A stretch of DNA of 64,000 nt from Macrostomum lignano (taxonomy: Eukaryota): contig NIVC01003392.1 in the NCBI GenBank assembly GCA_002269645.1, positions 36,009-100,008 on the forward strand, read 5' to 3'. The number at the start of each line of letters is the position of its first letter. The first letter of the stretch is position 1. A program made the position numbers and the translations under genes. The notes beneath the pieces were generated by a model, which saw only the letters and a list, made by a program, of their open reading frames with translations, ran no database searches and was not told the DNA's origin. Positions 35,850 through 56,603 of this stretch are shown here, in pieces.

Positions 35850-36660
35850 GGTGAAAGTAAATAACGTTTACATTGGTTTAATGCACCAATCTTGAGAGTA
35901 TAATCCGAGTGACGTAAGTGCTCAATCGTGTTCTTAAATAGCGAGGGTCATTGACCATAGGCGAGAGTTTGGGCTGAAGTTTCACAATGCCCTCGCAGAC
36001 AGAAATCTCTGTGACAGTCCAAAGGTTCCTTAAAATTCGGAATATTCTCCCAATTAATTGCAATGGTTTTTGAAGTTTTTAAATGTTTGCTTTTAATCCA
36101 CAATTGTTTCGCTGTTAAAATTATTTTAAAACAAATATTTTACTAACTATTTCATCTGATCCATCCATATTGTGTCTTTTTTCAAGAAAGTCCACTGATA
36201 ATTGAGTGCCGTGCAATGTTGCTACCTGTAAAATGTTTCTTCTGCATACATTTTTTACCTGTAGCCGTATTGCTTTCGCTTTGGCAATACAATTTAAAGT
36301 ATTTTATTTGTAGTTTCAATAACCGCGTCTTTTATACAAAACTGTCGTGATCCATAGCTACATGGAGAAGCTTCACGTAAAACTATTTATTTATTTATTT
36401 TGCCTTTTCCACTTTATATCTGCGTAGGTTTCCTTATTGACAAATTATTTATTGTTTGTCTTTGAAACTAATTACAAGACTACAGGTAAACCATATCGTT
36501 CAATTTTTATTAACAAGCAGATACTTTGGTTTAAAATGCATCCACTTTTGGTGACTAGAAATTCAAAACCATACCAATTTGTCTAATGCTCGATGCATAC
36601 TACTGTCAAGAAACAAATAAGTATAGATCAGCTAACATGAGCAGATGACATTAAGAATCG

Positions 36661-37837
36661 ATGAGAATTGCTCCGGAGTTTCTCTCGCAGCCCGGACCCA
36701 GCGAGATTAGCTGTGGCTTCCTGTGCAGCCTGAGACCGGACTGCTTCGGCTTCTACTGGCTGCTCAGAGCGTGTCGGCTGTTCGACTTGCAGGCGTTTCT
36801 CAATGCCAACGCCTGGGTCAGCACCGGCTCGTGCGACGTTTTTAGAGTCGGTAGGAACTATAAAATTTGCCATGTTGTTCTGACGGTGTGAATGTTAACT
36901 ACATCAGCAACCAAGAACTTCAGCGCGGCGCCCTGATGAACATGCAGCGACCCAGGCTCGATTCCAAGTGCAGTCACATTCATTTGGGGCTGAATTGGAA
37001 TCTCGGCTTGGCTCTGCTCGTGCAATTAACGGCCTTGAGGGCCAACCCCCAAGGCGCAGTGAAGTGTACATGCCTAACGATAAATAAAGTTAGGGCCGCT
37101 GTACACTCCTGTGTGAGTGTGTGCCTGCGTACGTATCCGCGTGCTTGCCTCTTGCCGGTTGTGTGCCAATGTCGCTTAAAGTGCGCCAGGGTGCACACAA
37201 CCCACACTGCCTATAATAAAAAAATTAGTTATACGCTCGCAGAAGACTTGGGTAAGGTTTATTCATGAAGCTTCGAACTCTCCTTTAAAGACCTAACAGC
37301 ACACACCTCTGCGAATACCTGCTCAAATCTCTTTGAAGTTGAAGTCGCTTTAAAGGACAGATAGTTTCTGCCTTCAGATCACACTAAAGTTGTTGAACCC
37401 ACTTTAACGTTTAAAGTGATTAAAAGTTTCCTATAAGATCCCTTATAGTTTTAGAAACCAAGAAGCCCTCCTTCATTGGCTGCAACCAAAGCTCAACTTT
37501 GCCTGACCGCGGTTGCCAACTGGCGATGGATGGCAATTTAGCCCAGAACTTTCATGACGGGTTTTGCTCTGGCACTGGCAAGGATCCTGACGAGTGGTGG
37601 GAAGCCGTTCTGTCCACCCCGTCTCTCGCGTCGTTCGTAACGATCCACAACAGGCAGGAATGCTGCGCTGAGAGGCTCAATAAGTTCGATATTATAGTGG
37701 ACGGGTTCGTGTGCAACGGGCTGAACGTCAGCGTGCCCTTCTCCGTGGCCAACTTCACCTGCGGCGCTTTCGGCTCTCGCGTCCGGATTGTGGGTCGCAG
37801 CGAGACTCACCTCATCACCTGCGAGGTCATCGCGTAG
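36661..37837 (+). CDS. Second PAN + F-type lectin paralog, 5' end (signal peptide) not found. Exons 36661-36850, 37455-37837.
   Basis: PAN exon is near-identical to 29940-30100. Same phase-1 intron position. Exon 2 reads NQSS..LAMDGN..FCSGT..EWWE..VTIHNRQECCAERL. In-frame TGA 15 nt upstream of ATG 36661. May be a 5'-truncated pseudogene. Confidence 0.7.
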
Positions 37838-37876
37838 GGCTTCGAGTATCCGTGGCATCCGTGATAGCAGAAAGAC

Positions 37877-39330
<1,454 letters not shown>

Positions 39331-40370
39331 AGTAGTTTTGGACTTTCTTAAACCATTTTTGAACTCCATACGAGCTATATTGACTGCCCAGAGGCTGCAA
39401 ACGCAATGTAATCGTTTTGCCATAGGATAAGCAATACTTAATTAGATATCGCGAAGAAAATAATTTAGGGTATTAATTAAATTTTTATCTAGTCAAAAGT
39501 ACGAAGTGAATTTATCAAGATAAAAGCAGTGAATGAATAAGTTTGGGATTTCATATGAGCCATCAATGCCGATTCCGTAACCCCTGTCGACAACGGGGCA
39601 GTTGATGCTGCGTAAGACCTTGACAAAGTCTTTCGAAACTATATTGAATAGTTTTTACTTTTTACTACCGGCAAATTGAAAGAAAGTCCCATTATCCCAC
39701 TGTTTGTCTATGGCCAAGCTTTAATTTTGGTCAGGACTTGAACCAGTACAATGTACACAGAACTCCATTAGTCTGGTGAAAGCTTTTTATCGATTTGTCG
39801 TTTAATGATTCGGTCGTTAGCTAGTCGACAGAATGTCGGCATTATTTTCTATCCAAAACCATCATTGTATCGGTATAAATGGTCTCAATACAAGACATTA
39901 TCACAACTCTTTACTTGTAGTAGCATGGGCAAAATTTGCTATGGGTAATAAACGTGCACTCGTGTGAAAAATATCAAAAGCAGAAACCCAGGCTTTTAAA
40001 AAATAACTGGACCCTTGACAGCGTATCGCTGCTTGCCGGTGCTGTTTTTGCTGTTTTCGACTTCAACTCTGCACCATTGAATATTGCAGACTCTTACGAG
40101 GCAGCTGTTGAACAGGAAATTCTGAGCTCAATGCGCATGAAAGACCAGAGAAAGCTGATCTTATCTTATCCAAACCCACCTGGCATATGAGTTGCCGTTT
40201 GCCTGCCTGCTGGCTGTCTCTCTTTTTAAGCAAATCTCTGATCACCTGCTTGCAAAAGCTGAAAGCTAATAATTACTGAGTTTTCTGACAAGTACTGAAA
40301 AATACTGCGGCTAAAACACCGAAATTTTACTTAATTGGTCTTAACAGCTACAAGGTTGGTTTCTGCTTGT

Positions 40371-40627
<257 letters not shown>

Positions 40628-40688
40628 GCTGTCTGTGAAGCTCAGTCTTACAGCAGCTTTCCCATCTCTTCAGCTCCTTATTTGCAGA

Positions 40689-49498
<8,810 letters not shown>

Positions 49499-49540
49499 TG
49501 GACAGAATTGAGACACTTTGTTTCTCGGAAACTGTTGGAG

Positions 49541-49826
49541 GGTTGCAGCCTAGTGGCTAGAGAGTCGGGCTTGCGAGTGAAAGGTCGGGTGTTCGATTCT
49601 CGACCCAACTCGGAACAATTTGTGTCCTTGAGCAGGACACTTAACTCTTCAGTTCACCCAGCTGTAAAATGGGTGCCAGCATTAGCTGGGGTAATTAATC
49701 CCAGTCCTTGGACTGAACAGCCGTACGCAGCCTTCAGATGTGTCCCCCGCAATAGCTGCGGCTGAGCTGTCGGTTGCACATCTGGTTATTAGGGCAGGTG
49801 TAATCAATTATTATTATTATTATTAG
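49541..49826 (+). mobile_element. Full-length tRNA-derived SINE with CORE-like body and (ATT)n tail
   Basis: A-box-like TAGTGGCTAGAG, B box GTTCGATTC. TGTGTCCTTGAGCAGGACACTTAAC..CTGTAAAATGGG resembles the MIR/CORE consensus. (ATT)n tail. GGAGG on both sides may be a TSD. Confidence 0.85.
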
Positions 49827-50404
49827 GAGGTTTAGCAATTTAGGATCTTTTTTAAAGTCCCAGACTCTCAGTAAAAAATTAACGTTCTTCGTTGAAAAAC
49901 TGATAGAAAGATTGAATGTGCACCAGGATGTCCTGTAAAAGTTACTTGTTTAAAAATTGTTTATGATTTTGTTTATGAGTACTTAATTTAAAGGCTGTTA
50001 TTAATGATTAATGATATTTTGGAAACTTCAGTAAAAAAACTAATTTTTAGTTAGCTTAGATCATTTAGACACAAAGGCCGGCCCTTCAACAGTTTTCCAA
50101 AGAACAGTGTGCAAATTTCACGCCACTATTTGATCATATTTAAGTATCTGAGTGAACATTCTCAACTCACCCAAGGCTCTGTAATAAGCCAATAAGAATT
50201 ATTTAATTATTTTATGTACTTTCTTACATCAGATGCATTGCTTAATTTAAGTTGCTGCAGCCTGCGGTTTGGTGACACAATGCTGACCATTGATTGTATC
50301 TTTCTTAATTGCTAATTTCATAAATAAATTAATAAGAGGCTAGGAGGTAGCTCGCTATTTTCATAATTTATTTTAATTGTCTTTTGTGTTGCCCTTTATA
50401 TCTT

Positions 50405-51145
50405 CTCCTTTCATCTCCTCTGCCCGTCATCTCCTCTACCCTTCATCTCCCCCATCCTTCATCTCCCCCATCCTGCATCTCCTCAACTCTTCATCTCCCC
50501 CACCCTTCATCTCCCCCATCCTGCATCTCCTCAACTCTTCATCTCCTCCACTCTTCATCTCGTCAGACTCTTCATCTCCTCCGCCCTTCATCTCCTCAAC
50601 CCTTCATCTCCTCAACCCTTCATCTCCCCCATCCTTCATCTCCTCAACTCTTCATCTCCCCCACCCTTCATCTCCCCCATCCTTCATCTCCTCAACTCTT
50701 CATCTCCTCCACTCTTCATCTCGTCAGACTCTTCATCTCCTCCGCCCTTCATCTCCTCAACCCTTCATCTCCTCAACCCTTCATCTCCCCCATCCTTCAT
50801 CTCCTCAACTCTTCATCTCCCCCACCCTTCATCTCCCCCATCCTGCATCTCCTCAACTCTTCATCTCCTCCACTCTTCATCTCGTCAGACTCTTCATCTC
50901 CTCCGCCCTTCATCTCCTCAACCCTTCATCTCCTCAACCCTTCATCTCCACTACCCTTCATCTCCTCAACCCTTCATCTCCACTGCCCTTCATCTTCTCA
51001 ACCTTTCATCTTCTCAACCTTTCATCTTCTCAACCCTTCATCTTTTCAACCCTTCATCTCCTCAACCCTTCATCTCCACTACCCTTCATCTCCTCCACTC
51101 TTCATCTGGTCAGATTCTTCATCCCCTCCGCCCTTCATCTCCTCC
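50405..51145 (+). repeat. (CTTCATCTCC..) pyrimidine array with a 161-bp higher-order period
   Basis: CGTCAGACTC recurs at 50561, 50722 and 50883. Confidence 0.85.
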
Positions 51146-51919
51146 CCTCCTCTGTTCCACATTACATATCCTTCAATCTGCGTCTGTTCTGCCCTTTATC
51201 TTTATTTTTCTATTTCTACAGCTGAACTGAGCAGGGGAGCTTGGATTAGAGACTTTCCCAGCTCGTGAAATTTCAATATTTTAAAGTTAAAGTCTGTGAC
51301 AGCGTTTCCAAGATTCATGCTCGCCTCAGTGTCGTGAAGATATCAAAATTCATATTCATAAAATCCTTGGGCCTCACAGCCGTGGAAGCGTGGGGACGCA
51401 AGATGGGTGGATCCCCAGATTCCCTGCATTTCGGACAGGTGGCCGAGCGACACGGCAGGGAAGTTGCGAGTCTCCAGGTGCGAGCCTGAACTGGGCGGGG
51501 CCGGGCGAGGCTGCCTGCTCTTGAGCTGCTGTGGGCAACAGCAGGTCTTCTCCTGAGTCGGGGAATACGAAGAGACGAGAGAGGGTGTTCTCCCCTCCCC
51601 GACTCCGCTTCCCTGTGATGCTCAAAGCCTCATCCCGTGCTCAGCTGCAGCTACTCATCTACTCCTGACTTCCCGCCCCTAAGTGATCCCCGTCTCCCGC
51701 TCCCCCCGTTACACACCTGTCAGTCGGGTCTCAGCTCTCGGGCGGCTAAAATCCTCATTTCTTTACTCCTGAGCGAATCAGGACGCGCAGTTCTCGGAAA
51801 CAACCAAAAATTCCAATCCTCCGCTGTGCTCAATGCAGCGGCAGTAAAAGCCGTGCCGTCTCAACCGACTGCTGCAATCTGCCTCGCATCACTCCCTCCC
51901 TGTCTCGCCGCTGATCAGA

Positions 51920-52465
51920 ATGGGCCAAAGCAACTCTGTTGAGCGGGTGTTCACTCCGCCGAAGTTCACCAGCTCCTACGGCCACTGCGCCCTGCACGTG
52001 TCGCATGAAATCGGCGATCTGTGCGGCAGCAGCGGCGGCACTGGCGACTGGGACGTCGACACCGGCAGCAAAGCTGGCGGCCTTGACGTTCTCTACGGCG
52101 ACTCGGAGCTCTCCGGCCTGCTGATGAAAGCTTTGCTGGCTCATGTTGGCGGCAGCTCCAAGGACCTTCAGCCGTACGCCCGGCTCGTCAAGGACGGCTG
52201 GCAGAGAGTCTCGTGCGCCCGCCTGCTGCGCCCGATGCCCACGGTGGAGCCGGTGGAGCCGCTGTGCAGGAAGCGCTACAGCTTCCTCTGCGACTTCCTA
52301 GCCAGCCTCTACGCCAACGGCTACCGCGTGCTGGCCGGCATCAAACTGCTGCGGAAGCACGATGGACTCAACTTGAGCTCCATCCTGCTGGAGCAGGTGC
52401 GGAAAGAGGAAGGCCAGGACGCCGAGGAGGTGAGCGAGTCAATTTATTATTATTATTATTATTAT

Positions 52466-52533
<68 letters not shown>

Positions 52534-55122
52534 TCAAATTTTCCAGATGAAATTTTCCGTCATAGATTTGCACGGAGAAGACACACTAATGGTCTGGTTC
52601 GCCCCTCGCGACCTACAAAATGACATAACTGAGATTTTCGATCGGTACTGCAATCATGAGTACAGGAGAATCGAAATCAGTGAGACGTGTCTCCACCTGG
52701 TTGCCAAGGACTCGATCTGGTTCACTGGCAAGGGCAGCAGCATGGAGATCAAGGACATGGGTCGCTACATTCTGCTTCGCCTGATCGAGTCGGCCATCGG
52801 TCGTGGATTCTGGCCGGAAGTGGCGCTGAACCTTGGACAGAACGACACTCTGGTTAGAACAAGCATAATACTGCTAGTACCATGAATGCATAACCAACTA
52901 TTTAAATTTGTTATTTCTATTAGTTGCTTGGTTGGTTGGTTGGTTGTTTCGTTAGTTGGTTGGTTGTTTGATTGGTTGTTTGGTTGGTTGGTTGGTTGGT
53001 TGGTTGGTTGGTTGGTTGGTTGGTTGGTTGGTTGGTTGGTTGGTTGGTTGGTTGGTTGGTTGGTTGGTTGGTTGGTTGGTTGGTTGGTTGGCTGCTTGGT
53101 TGCTTGGTTGCTTGGTTGCTTGGTTGCTTGGTTGCTTGGTTGCTTGGTTGCTTGGTTGCTTGGTTGCTTGGTTGCTTGGTTGCTTGGTTGCTTGGTTGCT
53201 TGGTTGCTTGGTTGCTTGGTTGCTTGGTTGCTTGGTTGCTTGGTTAGTTGTTTTGCTGGTTGGTTCGTTTTGGTTGGCTGGTTGTTTTATTTTCTCTATA
53301 CAAAATACCGATTAAAACTCCAATCCAGGTGATGAGGAAAGCCCCAGAAAAGTGTCTCGAGCTCACGGACACGCGCCTGCTGATGGTGTCTTTGGAGCGG
53401 AAAAATTGTATTCGACTGGTTTCGTCCGACAATTCCTCTGTCAAGTGGTGCCTCGACGTGACTCAGAAGTTTTGGAACCAGACGGAGTTCGGCGGGGTCA
53501 AGTCAGTGTCCAACTACAGCCACTCGGTTCTCGTTGAGCTCAACGTCCAGATCTGGCGGGTGCACTACTTTGATGAGAGAAGCATGTACGGCAAGTTGTA
53601 TCTGGTGCGACTGTTCACCGACGCGCTGCAGGTGAGACACTCTGCTGTTGTGTCGATGCTGTATCGGTCTATAGGCTGCTGAAATTGTCTGTGAAGAAGC
53701 AGTGAAGATTCGCATCACAGGCACTTGGATCAGAGAAGAATCTTGGGCTTAATATTAGAATTCAGTGTTTAATAACCTTCATAGACTACTCAGGATGTAT
53801 AAGAAGTAAAATGGATCAGAAATTTCGCTAATTAGAAAAATTCCGTTCGTTGTTTCCATTTTCCTAAAGAATTATTTTTCTATATGTCTTCACGTACTTC
53901 GTAAACCTGTTGACAGCGTTTGATTCGATTTTCAAAGGACTTTTCCGAGCAAGCAAATGTGAAATTGTTTCCTAGATTTGATCAGTGCTCTTAGTCTTGC
54001 AGAAAACATTATTTATTGAGATGATTTAGAATGGCTCTGTGAAACTATAAGAGATAAAGGGAATAACAAAACATACAATTAATCAACTCTGCACAGAAGC
54101 AAGGGCCTGGGATGTACGACGTATTTTTTTAATGAGCTTTGAAACCTACGATTTGGTCGCATAATAAGACTGCCCACAGAAGAGCCTGAAGGCACTCTAT
54201 TGCAGTGTCTGCAATAATGTGGCTCACTGATATTACAAAAGAACTTCAAGCATGTCCGTCCACTGAGGCCAGAGCTCTGGCCTATCAGAGCGCACAAACC
54301 GATGGTCCCCCGGTTTCCACTTTCATTGTTCCTCCATGTCAATACGCTTGTAAACGAGACACCTAGTGCTTTTTGCCCGCTGGCTAACTAAAAAAAGGGA
54401 ATGACTACCATATGCATGCATAGCTCGTAGCTAGTAGCAACTTAACGGTTAGCGCGCCTGACTATCGTGAGTTCTTGTGAGTCCGTGAGTTTCGAGAATG
54501 GTCGACATTAATTTGGAGCGTCCGCACAGAAATGGGCCTTCGTTGGGGTCGTGTGGCCACAAGTCCCAAATGAATGCAAGGGTTGCCGTAGCGCGAGAGT
54601 CAGACGTGTTTACTGAGAACTGCGGAGCGGACCCGGTGCCAGCAACTCAAGCGAACTTCCCCCTTTCAGGACGGCTGGCGACCCATCCTGCGATTCGACA
54701 AGAACGACCACGCCAAGTCCAGCATCGTGTTCGGTCGCGCCCAGCCCGCCAAGTGCGCCGTGTTCTGCCTGGCCCTCATGGGCAAAGGCATGCTGCGCGC
54801 CTGCAAAGCGCCGCTCGACGCTCGCTCGGCGATTCGTTCGGTCATCTTCGACACCTGGTACAAGGAAGTGTACACCGAGTTTACCAAGGACCTGTGGTGG
54901 GGTATGAACCTTGGGGGGACGCCCTGGTCTCGTTCGGTTGTTCCGTCGGTCGCTCTGCTACTCGCCATCGTTGAGGCGCTCCGCAACCTGGGCTGGCAGC
55001 TCATGCTGACGGTACGCACCAGCGGGCTGTATCCCAAGGGCGAGTACAAAGACCAGAAAGGCGAGACCAGACGGTTCAATCACTGCGATGTGGACACCAT
55101 GTTCTTCTACAAGCCGGTATGA
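51920..55122 (+). CDS. 523-aa uncharacterised protein with an MGQSNS N-myristoylation motif and four ~100-aa internal repeats. Exons 51920-52429, 52547-52852, 53329-53631, 54670-55122.
   Basis: Three phase-0 GT-AG introns join ORF-track frames 51920, 53248 and 54727. Each repeat ends in L..l...G[YFW]..l..... followed by S/DT-hydrophobic (ANGYRVL..SSILL, GRGFWPE..DTLVM, QDGWRPI..SSIVF, NLGWQLM..DTMFF). Confidence 0.8.
52444..52532 (+). repeat. (TAT)n(TAC)n in intron 52430-52546
   Basis: Direct inspection. Confidence 0.95.
52927..53245 (+). repeat. (TTGG)n then (TTGCTTGG)n intronic microsatellite
   Basis: Direct inspection. Confidence 0.95.
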
Positions 55123-55723
55123 GTCGGCGGAACTGGAGCCACCCTGTTCGGTTAACACTTAAAGAGGGTTTTTAAACACTTTTCAATTTCGTTGTCTCGA
55201 TTCTGTCTTATTATTGTCAATATTTTCTCATATTTACCTTTGCCTATCATTCGTTTATCTCATTTATGCATCTGTCCATCTCATTCATGATTCTCTGTCT
55301 GATCCGAGAACCTCCCTACCTCACCCCTCCATTCAGACGTTGAGAAGCTCATACTTGTGAGCACATCTGAACCATTCTGAGCCGTTCGCTGACATTATCA
55401 AAAACTTTTTTAATCAGATATGTCTGCCTGCCCTATAGCTTAAAATTGTGTACCTGTGTGCCAGTTTCTTTATCGGAGACAATTTGAGTTTTACAGAACA
55501 CATTATACAAAATAATCTCATGATTTAACCGGAATAGCTTTTTTGTAGCATCAGAAGTCATTGTAGTCTTGTGAAAACTTTGTTCGGAATAATATACCTG
55601 GCTTGACTGCAAACTCCATTCTGGAACCCAGTTCCTGTCTGTCCAAAAATATGCAGCCATTTATTGTTTTAGTTTGTGATAGTTTGTTTCTGTCTGGTTG
55701 TTTCTCGTTTTCCGTATGCATGC

Positions 55724-55724
<1 letters not shown>

Positions 55725-55789
<65 letters not shown>
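55725..55789 (+). repeat. (GACA)n microsatellite
   Basis: Direct inspection. Confidence 0.9.
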
Positions 55790-55790
<1 letters not shown>

Positions 55791-56603
55791 TACCGCTGTC
55801 TGTGTGTTTAGCGGGACCAGAGTTTGGTTAATGCATTAGGTGGACCACCTAGTTTCCTTATAAAACCGGTGTCTTTTGTCTCTACACGAAAAGTTAGCGT
55901 GGGTTGTCTTTCAGTTTAGCCTGCAGATTAGCCATCTCGTGGAAACTGCATGTCACTTTCAACTGGGATAGCTGGACCAGCCCGGACCTGTTTTAGGTGG
56001 ACCTTCAAAAAGACACCGTTTAGGTGGACCATCATTTATTTAGCAGAGTACTGGGATTATTATCGACCCAGTACTGTTAAGCACGAGAAACAACACTAAA
56101 AGTCACGTGACAGAAGTCCCAAATACACAATATGTAATAAAGTGAAAATAATGCATTCAGTTCTAGTTTGCTCCGGACTCAAGAACCATCATCCCCATTA
56201 AAAACAAATGAATCAAATGCAACTAATTTTTAGGCCGAGAAAAATAGTTACAAGTGCAAATTAACGGCCAAGCAAAAGTTTAAATAGCAAAAAGTCATAT
56301 TTGTTTTTCACTAGAATAATGATAAACCTAAAGAAACGCACTTAACGTCCCAAATATGTGCCAAAAGGCAAGTAGATTGACGACGATATAATTATTAAAT
56401 ACATTTGCCTAATAAATTTCACGTATTACAATAAAAAAACTTTCCATTCAATTTTTGAAAAATGAAAAAAGTTTTACCGGACGGACGAGACATGTTACGA
56501 CGGATAGCGGAATCATCTCACAGAAAGCCACAAGCTGTCGCAGTCAATATCATCATAAACAAACTTTTGCGGTTGAGCACAAAAAAATCGTCTTCATTTT
56601 GCC

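Noticed and set aside
49541-49610. tRNA-like sequence with A and B boxes
   Set aside because: It is the head of a SINE followed by a CORE-like body and (ATT)n tail, with no complete acceptor stem.
51360-51900. GC-rich stretch upstream of the four-repeat gene with short ORFs on both strands
   Set aside because: No recognisable domain or consistent splice frame; may be 5'UTR or promoter.
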